From Eledone cirrhosa (taxonomy: Eukaryota), in the NCBI GenBank assembly GCA_964016885.1, contig OZ024743.1:335854001-335918000 (forward strand): a stretch of DNA of 64,000 bases. The letters run 5' to 3'. Each line of letters opens with the position of its first letter. Position 1 is the stretch's first letter. A program made the translations under genes and the position numbers. The notes under the pieces were generated by a model. The model worked only from the letters and a program-made list of their open reading frames with translations. It had not been told where the DNA came from and ran no database searches. Positions 28,143-40,350 of the stretch are shown one piece after another.

Positions 28143-29099
28143 ACTAGACATGAAAAATGCGCAAGCTCAAAAGTGCCACAGAATGTTATAATAAACCTTC
28201 AAAAGTGTGGGACTAGAGTTGTTGCTAAAAAATATTGTAATCATTATATATCGTGCATTCTGTGGCATCCTTTATAAAAATAGCTTAAACCAACGAAGCC
28301 TTTATTTTTACGCTATTTCACTTAGTTAATTCTTAGAGTGTAACATATAAAAATATGATTTACAACTATAAAATAAATTAATTAATATAATAACAGAGCT
28401 GCGGAGCTGAAATTTAGGAAATAATGGAATATCGGATCCTGAGTTGGAGCCAGTCAATTTTTGGCCGACTCCGCAGCCCTGTATAATACATTTCATATTA
28501 AAGTTATTAATAAACCTATTTTACACTGCATGCAAATTACCATGAGATATTGATATTAGATATAAGATACAGCGCAATATCTACAGCTGTAAAAGTACGA
28601 AAGCGAAGTAATAATAAGTGGCTTAAGGTAATTCCAATATGAAAGTTTGTAGTGATAAAAATTTGATAATGCAATACGATTGTTAATATTATAGTTCTAT
28701 GAAAATGTAACAATAGATAACTAAATTATTTTACTATTAGTATATTTAAGAAATTATCATTATAGATTTGATCGTTCATATAAGCATCATATTAATTTTC
28801 AACACAATTATTTTGTTACTATGAGTATATGATATTAATATTACGTAATTATTTATAGCTGTTATTACATTAAACATAGATGTATTTATTTTTATATGTT
28901 ACACTCTAAGAATTAACTAAGTGAAATAGCGTAAAAATAAAGGCTTCGTTGGTTTAAGCTATTTTTATAAAGGATGCCACAGAATGTACGATATATAATG
29001 ATTACAATATTTTTTAGCAACAACTCTAGTCCCACACTTTTGAAGGTTTATTATAACATTCTGTGGCACTTTTGAGGTTGCGCATTTTTCATGTCTAGT
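28143..29099. repeat. Inverted repeat, arms about 210 bp around a spacer of about 530 bp
   Basis: 28143-28354 is the near-exact reverse complement of 28887-29099. Confidence 0.9.
28394..28481. mobile_element. 88-bp hAT-like MITE
   Basis: TIRs CAGAGCTGCGGAG / CTCCGCAGCCCTG; 8-bp flanks TATAATAA / TATAATAC match 7 of 8. Confidence 0.65.
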
Positions 29100-29654
29100 T
29101 TAATATTTTTTTAAGGCAACGCTTGTAATAACTCTAGTTAAACAGGATATATATTAATAATAAATTATCGTTGTAATGTAATTAGATTATGTAATTGTTA
29201 TTATAAATTATCTTATAAATATTAGTGTAAGATGTATAAAAATATTTTCAGACTTTTAATATAAACAACTACAAAAAACAATCAATATTAAATCAATATG
29301 TTATACATAATAGAAAACATAAAATAAACAATACAAAAACAAAATATTTACATACAATTGCAATTATCAGTGTATATACATTTTCTTTATATTCCCTGCG
29401 CAAATTAATAAGATTTGTTTTTATTGTACATAATTTGATGACTTGTTGGAGTGTATTAAAAGATAGCAACAATTTGTGATTAAATTGTTATCTTAAGCAA
29501 CTCACTTTTTAATAGTTGTTGGCTGAGCGAAATTGTAAAAGCCTATGAGCAAATATTAAAATAAATACACAAACAACATTTCCTTGTGTTATTACAACAT
29601 TAGATAAAATAATTGAGCAATGTCGTTATATTTTGCTCTTATTGCATATTAATA

Positions 29655-29822
29655 GTGTTTCTATTTTTCGGCACAAATCCATTACGGCAGTCCATTACTG
29701 GTACTTTATTTTATCGAATTAGTAAGTATGAAAGTCGAAGTTAACCTCGGCAGGATTTGAACTTAGAATGCAAAGGACCATAACAATACTGCAAAGCATG
29801 GTGTCTGACGCTCTACCAATAC
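29655..29822 (-). mobile_element. SINE family B, diverged
   Basis: Homologous to 40171-40350. Confidence 0.7.
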
Positions 29823-30300
29823 TTGTGTTGAGCTGGTCATTAATTTATGGTGGTCGTGCGTGGAGTAGAGCAATCGCTAGTTGAAATATTATGAACAAAA
29901 CATTTTTATTTGCCGAAGAACATATTTTCAATACTGTTTGTGAATGTGACGAAGGAAATACATTCTGATATGGAACAGTGTACAAAGTGTGTCTGTGAAT
30001 AACATAATGTTACCTCATGTTGTTGTCAAGACATAATGGATTTCGTATATCCAGTTAGAAGATGAAACCTAGCCATCTCGGATTAGTTATATTTCATGCC
30101 ATGTGTAAACGTGTTTGAGGATAGCAAAATATGCGTGTTTCTTGTCTGGAAACTTTCTGCTAAACTGATTGGTTTCGTTTTTGGCACTATACAATACTCA
30201 TCCAACAGATAGCTGTATTGGATCCTTGATTGGTTAATATTTAGGTGAGGGTGCTTGATGCAGAGTTAGTGCAAAATGGATCAATGAGTGTAATAATAAT

Positions 30301-30480
30301 AATTGTTTCTACTTTTGGCACAAGGCCAGCAATTATCCCAGAGTATTACTGGTACTTTATTTTATCGACCCCGTAAGGATGAAAGGCAAAGTTAACCTCG
30401 GCGGGATTTGAACTCGGTCCGTAAAGGGACGTAACTGTGCTGCAAAGCATGGCGTCCGACCCTCTACCGATACTGCCAAA
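30301..30480 (-). mobile_element. SINE family B
   Basis: Homologous to 40171-40350. Confidence 0.85.
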
Positions 30481-30599
30481 ATGATAATAATAATGAAAAT
30501 ATTGTTTACAATGCTGAGGTGCACTACAACTCATCAAAAGTGCATATATAATACATAGGGTAATATAAAAACGTCAGGAAAAAAGAACAGTGCATGAGT

Positions 30600-31122
30600 C
30601 ATGATATACACATATGTGCATGTGTATGGAAGGGGGACATCAGGTGTAGTTTTGGTGTATTTCGGAATGTATGATGGTTTTAAAGGATGCAGTGTGTCAT
30701 CAGCTAACAACTGATGCAGGAAGTTTGTTCCATCCTTCAACAACTCTGAGCATGAAGAAATATTTCCTAAAGTCATGGGAGCTGTGTTGTTTTCTGACTT
30801 TGTAGGCATGTCCACGTGTTAGACACATGGAGATCAAAAAGGTGTTCGGGGTTGTTGTTGGTCGGATGGTTAATAACTTTGTGGGTGTTTACCAAGTCCA
30901 TTGCCAGAGGGAAGAAAAATATTCAGGGTATGGTAGGTGTCTGATGGAGGGTATGCGCTTGGTTGCATGTCTCTGAACAGTTTCCAGGAGGTCAATGTTC
31001 TGAGCAAGATAGGGGTTCCAGACTGATGACGCGAACTCCAAGTGTATTCGTACCATAGATGTATACAGCTTTAAATAGATGGCTGGAGAGCAGCTAATGA
31101 AGGTCTTGCTGATTGATGCCAA
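30600..31122 (-). mobile_element. CR1-clade LINE 3' fragment
   Basis: LKLYTSMVRIHLEFASSVWNPY..IDLLETVQRHATK and downstream RKYFFMLRVVEGWNKLP. Confidence 0.8.
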
Positions 31123-31311
31123 GTCAATCTTAATAAATTGACTGATTTATCTGTTCACTACTGCTAATCCACCGCTGTTTGTACAATTGTTTAGATAATG
31201 TCAATTTGAGCTTGAATCATTGGCGTAATGAAATTTGAAAAGATTATAAGCAAATCTTTTTTAAAATACACAGACAACATTTAACTGTATCGTTGCGACA
31301 TTAGATCTAAT

Positions 31312-31490
31312 AATTGTTTCTACTTTAGGCACAAGGCCAGCAATTACCCAGTGCATTACTGGTACTTTATTTTATCTACCCCGTAAGGATGAAAGGCAAA
31401 GTCAACCTCGGCAGGATTTGAACTCAGATCGTAAAGGGACGTAACTATGCTGGAAAGCATGGCATCCGACCCTCTACCAATACTGCCAAA
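31312..31490 (-). mobile_element. SINE family B
   Basis: Homologous to 40171-40350. Confidence 0.85.
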
Positions 31491-32012
31491 ATAATGGAGC
31501 AACATTTGTGCAGAATTATTGTTTGTGCAATAAGATATTTGCAGATCTGTACTTGGTCTGCTCTTTAGCCAACTCGCTACGTTTAGAAGCTCTACGCTCG
31601 GCTTGCTTTTGAGATATAATAGCTGAATTTGCAGATCTTTACTTGGCCTGCTTGTTTGCCAACTCATACCGTTTTGAACATCTATACTGTACTTGGCCTG
31701 TTTTTGTGTTAATTTAGCAAAATTCACAGCTCTATAATCGGCCTGTTTTTGTCTAACTTCTCCCGATTCCGCATCCGGTAAGCTGCTTTCACATCCAATT
31801 TAATACGCCCATCTAGATTATTAGCACAGGAATGTGAACAAGCTTGTGGGACCGCATCATTGTAAGTATATGAACTGCCTGCAACATCAAGACCCAATTC
31901 ACAAGTGCAGCGTTGCTCATTCACATCGGCAGTGGGGACACCAAAATCAGTGACAGGTCTCGATTCACTCGCGAGATACATCACAGCTACACTATATATT
32001 TAAACATATATA

Positions 32013-32075
32013 CAGTGATACCTCGCTACTTGGCGGTTCAACTATCGCGGATTCACGATTTCGCGCATTTTTAGA
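32013..32075. mobile_element. Single end of a Tc1/mariner-pogo-like DNA transposon
   Basis: TA followed by CAGTGATACCTCG, a pogo/Tigger-type terminus; no partner end seen. Confidence 0.4.
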
Positions 32076-32150
32076 ATATATATATGAACACCTAAAATTT
32101 TTCATTAAATCCATTAAAATATTAATAATAAACACAGTTCTAATCATACG

Positions 32151-32185
<35 letters not shown>

Positions 32186-32273
32186 TAAGTAATTAATACC
32201 GTATAAATGGTACAAAGACTGTTTATGTAAAATGTATTTCTCAACAGAGTATTGAATACTTAGGAGGAATTCA

Positions 32274-32483
32274 AAACGAAGAGTGATAACATTTCAAGCA
32301 AAGAGTTTAATTAGGTAATGACTTACAAATTTGTTTCAGTATATAGACAAAGCCTGAAGCGCTAATTATAATAATTAGTTAATAATATTACAAAATATAT
32401 TAATATTATATTAAATATATACTGAAACAAATTTGTAAGTCATTACCTAATTAAACTCTTTGCTTGAAATGTTATCATTCTTC

Positions 32484-32487
<4 letters not shown>
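32274..32487. repeat. Fold-back unit with a half-hammerhead
   Basis: Arms 32274-32345 and 32416-32487; GAAA-CAAATTTG-TA-agtcat at 32424. Confidence 0.75.
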
Positions 32488-32580
<93 letters not shown>

Positions 32581-33192
32581 TCTAGTCCTTCGCTCAAGAT
32601 TAATCTATAAGTTTAGATGTCTGCCTTCGTTTAAGTAAATATTACAGTAAGATTTTTAATATAAACAACTACAAAAATCAATTAATATTAAAACGAAAAA
32701 ATTATCAATGATAAAAGAAGCGGATGCAACTTTTTTTTTTATAAAGTTATATTCCTGTTTCTTTAAAGAACATTTCATTTTTGTTCTATTGTAGGCGAAA
32801 TAATGCAATGGTTTAATAGGGAAGATATAACTTACCAATTATGTCTCTAACCGTGTAACGCTTTTTAAGTAGATAACTACAATTGAAAATACTAAAGAAA
32901 TGGAACGAACAATTCAATTTGAAAGTCGTCTACTTATAGTGACAGTGTATTACTGGTACTTTATTTTATCGACCCCGTAACGATGAAAGGCAAAAATGCA
33001 AATGCTTAAAATTTAAATTGCCTTAATTCTATCGTCTGCTGTTTCATTAAAGGGAGATTCTCGTCTGTATTTAATTCTATCGTCTACTGTTCCACTAAAC
33101 AGATATACCTCCACTATCGTCTCTATTTATACATTTTAACTTATAACTTATACACATTTGATTTGAAATATTTTATCTAGTCCCCCCTCTCA

Positions 33193-33242
33193 ATATTATG
33201 ATGATTTCTTTCGAATGAAACAGTTCTAGTCCTGTAGAAGCC
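33193..33242 (+). ncRNA. Degenerate hammerhead (19598 family)
   Basis: ATGATGA-tttctttcgaat-GAAA-cagttctagtcctg-TA-gaagcc; C3 is mutated. Confidence 0.5.
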
Positions 33243-34202
33243 ATTTATATATATAATTGAACTGCGTTAAAAATTCACAATATTTATAATTAAATAAGCT
33301 CATATATATATGTGTGTATTTATCTGTTTATTGTATTATATATAATGTGTGTATATACAGGATGTCCCCCAAAAATATATACACACTTCAACAGCATTCT
33401 AATAACTATTGCCTGTACAGGTAATCAAAGTGTCAATCGAATGTTAGTTTCGTGTTTTAACAGTACAAATTTACAATACACACATAAAACCAGTGTATAT
33501 ACATACATGAGTGTGTATACACATACATGAATGTGTATATACAATATATATGTATATATATATAGACACATATATTCACGGTGCAACGGAACATTAAAAT
33601 ATAGATGCGGGGGGGGTGTATATATAGGGGCGCTGGGGATAAAGGAGTGTACAGCGTAAGTGTGTAATTGATATATTGAAGGAGAGGAGCGTGCAGCGAT
33701 AGAGTAACAAATATATAGAGAGGGGGAGAGATGGTATTGAAGGGGAGGAGTGCAAAGCGAAAGAGTAAGAGAGATATATATAGAGACGGAACAGATAGAG
33801 AGAAACAGGCGTAAGTAACAGTGGAAGAGATATAGAGAGAGGGGGTAATAAATAAATGGAAATATAAGTGTAACAGTATAAGAGATATATAGAGAGGGGG
33901 AAATGTGTTATTGAAGGGGAGGAGTGTAAAGCGAAAGCGTAAGATATATATAGAGAGAGGGGGAATAGTATATATATATATATATATATCAACACTTACT
34001 CTGATTGGTTGAAAATTAGCCAATGACATACGATCACCACCACCACGGCTATCCCCGGAAAATTTATGAAGAAGTTAGGCATATATGTTAGAACACGAAA
34101 AGTGAACATTCTGTTGTTTCACACTTTTCGTGTTCTAACAGATAAGCAAATTATAAACGTAAACATATAGAGTATGTTTTTGAAACGGTGCGCGAGTTTG
34201 AA

Positions 34203-34538
<336 letters not shown>

Positions 34539-34576
34539 GGTGTGTATGTGTGTGTGTATGTTTATATATGTGTGTG

Positions 34577-34609
<33 letters not shown>

Positions 34610-34620
<11 letters not shown>

Positions 34621-35155
34621 GGTGCGCGTGTGTGAGTGTGTGTGTTTGTGAATGTATCTGTTGACATTTGGAATATAGCTTAAGAGAAAATTGAAGATAA
34701 TGGTATGATAGACACTCAATACTTTGAACTGGTCTATAGAATTCTCTAGGCCTTTGTCACTCTAAGTAGAACCTTAAAGAATTAGCTTTTAAAGAATTTC
34801 CCTTTTCTTTAAATCCATCAACCATGACTGACCCCCAAGGATCTTATAGACACCTGAAATATAGGCATTGTTAGCTTAAGAGAAACTTAAAAATAAGGAG
34901 TAGCACCCCATTTTGAACTTCTTTATAGAATTCTTTCTGCCTTTGTTAATCTAAATATAAACTATAGCTTTAAAGAATTAGGTTTTAATGAATTCCCTTT
35001 TCTATCAACCAATGACCTCTACCCATCCCACTCCCTACCCTCTCCTACCACCTGAAGAGGCCTATAAATACCATAATTATTTTTTGATAAACATATTCTT
35101 GATGATTTCTAAAGAATGAAACAGTTCTAGTCCTGTAGAATCTCATCTATATTAA
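34610..35155 (+). mobile_element. Second copy of the 550-bp HHR element; HHR at 35093-35143 with a UUGAUGA core
   Basis: Reverse complement of 19585-20135. Confidence 0.75.
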
Positions 35156-35177
35156 AACTATATATATATATATATAT

Positions 35178-35600
35178 AAAATAAAGTTAAATAAAAGTCA
35201 AATGATTAAAATTTAGCTTCGTTTATTACTGCTATATATATTTCAGTGACAGCCATCTTCAGGCAGTTTGAATTAGTATGGTATAGACAAGTACATATGT
35301 TATTTAGGTGTATAATATTGTCAATACTCTGATATGCCCAGTTCCTTGTTGGGTTGTTAATTCACTGGGGAACTGGAGTCATATTCCCAGTTCCCCAGTG
35401 AATTAACAACCCAACAAGGAACTGGGCATATCAGAGTATTGACAATATTATACACCTAAATAACATATGTACTTGTCTATACCATACTAATTCAAACTGC
35501 CTGAAGAGGTCACAGCCAAAGATGGCTGTCACTGAAATATATATAGCAGTAATAAACGAAGCTAAATTTTAATCATTTGACTTTTATTTAACTTTATTTT
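35178..35600. repeat. Fold-back element, arms about 200 bp, HHR-bearing
   Basis: Centre ggggaactgg-agtcatattc-ccagttcccc; follows (TA)n. Confidence 0.9.
35496..35550 (+). ncRNA. Type I hammerhead ribozyme (intact core)
   Basis: actgc-CTGAAGA-ggtcacagcca[aaga]tggctgtcact-GAAA-tatata-TA-gcagt. Confidence 0.8.
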
Positions 35601-35691
35601 ACACTACTCCGGAGTAACCAAACCAACCTGCGCACTTCGTCGAGTGCTCCAGCCTGCATACTGAGGTGTTGGTATACAACCAACATAAACT

Positions 35692-35736
<45 letters not shown>

Positions 35737-35738
<2 letters not shown>

Positions 35739-37535
35739 GGAAAAATTTGAACAGGGACAAAACAGAGAGGCAGTACAACAAATATTTATTAATTTCACAC
35801 TCTGGAGAGTGGGGTGTTGATGGGGGACGACGTTTCGGGCATAAGCCCTTCCTCAGGTGGGAAGTGTGTGGGAACAGAGTTCAAAGGGTGTGTAGGGGAG
35901 TGGTGGAGAGACATATAGCGAAAGGAAACGGTGCGAATGAAAAAATAAAAAATAAAGATAAAAATAAAAAAAAAGCATGATCAAAATACAAGGAATGAGA
36001 TAAATTTAAAAATAAAGGCATGATCAAAATAAACTGAAATTAAAAGGGGGTTAAACAGGTGGTGGAAGGGTGTGGGTGTGTAGGGGTGGTGGCGGGTGGA
36101 GTGGCGAGAGGGAGACGGTGTGTCCGAGCGGGGAGGGCTGAAGGTGGTGTGTGTGTGTAGGTGTGCGTGTGTGTGTGTGTGTGTATGTGAAAGTAAGGGT
36201 TGGGGGAAGAACGGGGTTGCATGTTCAGGAAGAGGTGGGGGGGTCGGAGTGTCTGTGCGTGTGTGGATAGAGGGGTGGGGGGAGATGAATCAGGAGCCTG
36301 AGGGTGTAGATATGTGGTGGAAAGCACGTGTTTGTGGGGTTTAAGCGTGTTGTGGATGTAGGTGGAGTGTGGAGAAAAAAATGTGTTTGAGGTGTGTGTG
36401 TGGGTGAGTTATATAGGTGATTACGTAAGAGGATGGTTGAAAAGTTGGTAAATTCCGAAGATGTTTAGTGGATTGGTGGCTGGTCAATTTCTGCGTGTGG
36501 GTATTCCTTGAAGCGATGGTCGGAAGAGGAGAGATGTGGGGTGCGCGCGCAACAGGAAGTGGTCAGCAGTGGGAGTGCTATGGTCTGTTTGTGCTGGGAG
36601 ATGGTCAGAGGGCATAGCAGCAGTCGGTGGAATGGTAAAGGGGCGAGGATGGGTAGGTGTGAAAGTTGGAGTGGGGAGGGTGTGTGTGTGTGTATTTGTA
36701 GGGGTGTTAGTGGGATGAGTGAGTGTGGTTCTATGGAGGGAGTGTGGTGTACTGGTGTGTGTGTAGTTTGATGAAGAGGTGTTAGTGGGTGTTAGTATAC
36801 GGGAGGTGGGGAGGGGTTGAATGCAGGTGTGAGTGGGGGTTAGTGGTGGTAGGGTGTGTAGAGTTGGTGGTGTACGAGGGTGTGTGGGTACGTGTGCGTG
36901 GGGTTGGGGGGTGTTAGTGATGTTAGTTGCGTGTGGGGTGGGTGGTGTAAGTGGGTGCGTGTGTTCGTGTGCTTGGGGTTAGGGGGTGTTAGTGAGGTTA
37001 GTTGCGGGGTGGTGGGATGCAGGTGTTGGGGTGAGAGGTGTGGGGGTGAGGGTTAGTGGTGGTAGTAGGGTGTGTGTTTAGTGTGAGCGCGTGTATATAT
37101 GTGCCGGTGGGTGTGTGCGTGTGATAAGGGGGGAGAAGAGGGGAGGGAAGGGATGTCAGTATGTTAGTTGGGGAAGGGTGGTCAGATGAGGGGTGGAGTG
37201 GAGGTGTTAGTATTGTTAGTTGTGGGGTGGGCGGTGAAAAGGAGGGGTGTGTTGGTGGTGTTAGTGGGGGATAAGTGTGGGGGGAGGGGGGCGGTCGAAG
37301 GCTAAAGGAATAAGGGTGGGGAGTTCAGGCCGGGGGGAGTGTGGGTCTGTAAGATGAAGATAGTTCGTTGTTCGACCGTAAGGCGATTGGCGGGGGTTCC
37401 GTGGCACTGGAGTAGACCACAGACTGTGAGATGGCGTGCGGAATGTCCAGGGCCACCAAAGTGGCGGGCTATGGGGGAACTGCCCCCGAGACGAATATCC
37501 CTGAGGTGCTCCGTGACTCGGTCCGCCAGGCGACT
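35737..37535 (-). mobile_element. Penelope-like element 3' fragment: GIY-YIG C-terminus, long C/A-rich 3' UTR, HHR-like core
   Basis: RLADRVTEHLRDIR..PIARHF..PGHS..RLTVEQRTIFILQTHTPPGLN; CTGAGGA-agggcttatgccc-GAAA-cgtcg-TC at 35826-35856; both ends in (TA)n. Confidence 0.8.
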
Positions 37536-37561
37536 ATATATATATATATATATATATATAC

Positions 37562-37930
37562 ATACAATCAAAAGAGGGTTAAAAGAGTTCCATGTATTTT
37601 ATTATGCGCATTTCAAAAACAAATATCATAATGGGCTGATATTTGCGTTCTCATCAGATAAAATAGGGAGACATGATATGAAGCTTAAAAAACACTTGCG
37701 AGCAGTGAAGTGTTAAATCAACTTGGGTTCTCATCATATAAAATAGGGATACATGATATGAAGCTTAAAAGCACATGCGAGCAGTGAAATCAACAAGTGT
37801 TTTTTAAGCTTCATATCATGTCTCCCTATTTTATCTGATTAGAACGCAAATATCATCCCATGATGATATTTGTTTTTGAAATGCGCATAATAAAATACAT
37901 GGAACTCTTTTACCCATCTTTTGATTTTAT
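37562..37930. repeat. Fold-back element with an HHR in each arm
   Basis: Arms about 37562-37698 and 37794-37930; spacer is a partial tandem duplicate. Confidence 0.9.
37597..37663 (-). ncRNA. Type I hammerhead ribozyme (intact core); mirror copy 37829-37895 (+) has CTGATTA
   Basis: ttttat-CTGATGA-gaacgcaaatatca[gcccatta]tgatatttgttttt-GAAA-tgcgca-TA-ataaaa. Confidence 0.8.
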
Positions 37931-38021
37931 ATTATTTATATATCAATCCTATAAACTGTTGATTGCTACTCATCCGATATTTGCATTGCTTTATTGTGCT
38001 ACAATAAAACTCACCTCCTAC

Positions 38022-38056
<35 letters not shown>

Positions 38057-38113
38057 TATTAAAAAAATAATGAATAAACAAAGAAACAGTTCCTTATATT
38101 AAACAAAAAAAGT

Positions 38114-38254
38114 TCATTATTTTACGATCGTTTCTAGGACATATATGTGTTAGAATTGGTATGCATATTCTATAGATCTATGTACAATATTATACAAACT
38201 ATCAGAGGGAATATACATACCTTCACATATATATGCTGTCTTCAGAAATAATGA
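38114..38254 (-). ncRNA. Type I hammerhead with long helix II domain
   Basis: tcattattt-CTGAAGA-(about 104 nt)-GAAA-cgatcg-TA-aaataatga; 9-bp perfect helix I. Confidence 0.8.
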
Positions 38255-39071
38255 TGCCTGTTTATTGATAAGAACAAAGATTCAATACAATAGGTCTGTT
38301 TGGGAACAGGTTTTGAATAGACAAATGAAATAGAGATTGAAATATATAAAAATCTATCAAGAAATATAGTTAGGTGTGTGTATATGTATGTAAATACGCT
38401 CACAGATGTGCATATATGTGTATGCTCATATGTATACGTATAGTGAAAAAGTGTGTGTAAATCTAAAATTTAGGGCAAATGTATCTGTATGTCTGTAATC
38501 TACAGACAGAATAGATACATCATAAGTATACGAATATGAAGGCGCGCGCATAGACACGCCTATACACACGTACACTTAGATGCGGAAGTAAAAGAGGTAA
38601 GGGAGTATAATAATTAAAGGAAAGTATCAATCTCGATATATTTATAAAAATGTAACAATAAATAAGAAAGAAAAAATTTTAGAAAGAAAAAACTAAAGAA
38701 AAGAAGACAAAAAAAGGGGGTACATACATACACAGACACTCATGTCTCACAAAAGAAACGCAAAAATATACATGCTTATATACACACGCACACTTACACA
38801 TCCACACGTTCGATACGTACATACACACACACACACACACACACATACTTACACTCACGCATATTGACCTGTTTGCATGCACACGCATAAAAATAAGTAA
38901 AACATATACCCATACATATATATATATATACCTATATATATATATACACACATACACATGTATATATACAACCACACACACACACACACAGACATACATA
39001 TATATAGACATACACACACATATACACAGTCACACACATATACACATATATACACATATATACACATATCT

Positions 39072-39103
<32 letters not shown>

Positions 39104-39289
39104 ATATGTATTTTTACACTCTCATACATACACACATACATACATACACACTTATATATACATACACACATCCACGCTTACATATACATATAATTATTGG
39201 GGGGGGGGGATTAAATTTATTAGTAGGAAATAGTAAATATATAGGTTTCAAGGAACATAGTGTCATAACCTGAAGTTAAAGCTTTATTT

Positions 39290-40152
39290 GTGTTTACTTA
39301 ATGGTATCAGTTTTAGGAAATGGTATTTGTAAGAAGGAAAGCCAAATTATGTAGTTCAACATTAGTAGAATATTAATTATAGGTTAACTAAAATAAAAAA
39401 ATAAAAATAGTTTATATATTAATTTCTAAGATGTATACTAATTAGGTTTATAATATTTAAAGCGGAATTATGTAGTTCAACAGTAGTAGAATATTAATTA
39501 TAGCTTAACTAAATTAAAAATAATTACATATGTTTACTTGATGGTATCAGTTTTAGGAAATGATATTTGTAAGAGGGAAAGCCAAATTATGTAGTTTATC
39601 GGTAGTAGAATATTAATTATAGGTTAACTAAATTAAAAATAGTTTATATATTAATTTCTATAGTGTATATTAATTAGGTTTATATTTAAATGTTTTTCTC
39701 AGTTTATGATTACACGATATTTTGTATTTCATCTGTAGTAGAATTTTAATTATAAGTTAACTAAATTAAAATTAATCTATATATTAATTTCTAAATTGTA
39801 TATTAATTAGGTTTATAATATATAAAAAGTTTTTCTCCGTTTATGATTACACGATATTTTGTTGTATTTCATCTGTAGTAGAATTTTAATAATAGGTTAA
39901 CTAAATTAAAATTAATCTATATATTAATTTCTAAAGTGTATATTAATTAGGTTTATAATATTTAAATGTTTTTCTCAGTTTATGATTACACGATATTTTG
40001 TATTTCATCTGTAGTAGAATTTTAATTATGGGTTAACTAAATTAAAATTATAGGTTAACTACATTAAAATTAATTTATATATTAATTTCTAAAATGTATA
40101 TTAATTAGGTTTATAATATTTAAATGTTTTTCTCAGTTTATGATTACACGAT
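39290..40152. repeat. Imperfect tandem repeats (about 140 bp) spanning the PLE ORF end and 3' UTR
   Basis: tttttctcagtttatgattacacgata recurs four times from 39692 to 40152. Confidence 0.8.
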
Positions 40153-40170
40153 ATTATTAATTCCTGTCGC

Positions 40171-40350
40171 GGTGGATTGGCAGTATCGGTAGAGGGTCGG
40201 ACGCCATGCTTTCCAGCATAGTTACGTCCCTTTACCATCTGAGTTCAAATCCCGCCGAGGTTGACTTTGCCTTTCATCCTTACGGGGTCGATAAAATAAA
40301 GTACCAGTAATGCACTGGTAATTGCTGGCCTTGTGCCTAAAGTAGAAACA
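40171..40350 (+). mobile_element. SINE family B with 18-bp target-site duplication, inserted in the PLE ORF
   Basis: ATTATTAATTCCTGTCGC at 40153-40170 and 40351-40368. Confidence 0.92.

Noticed and set aside
31500-31990. Repetitive coding-like remnant on the minus strand, possibly a Helitron N-terminus
   Set aside because: No diagnostic motif.
40171-40250. tRNA gene
   Set aside because: A/B-box-like head belongs to a multicopy SINE with a TSD; no full cloverleaf.
40245-40350. C-terminal extension of the 528-aa ORF (VSTLGTRPAI...)
   Set aside because: Antisense read-through into the inserted SINE, not PLE protein.
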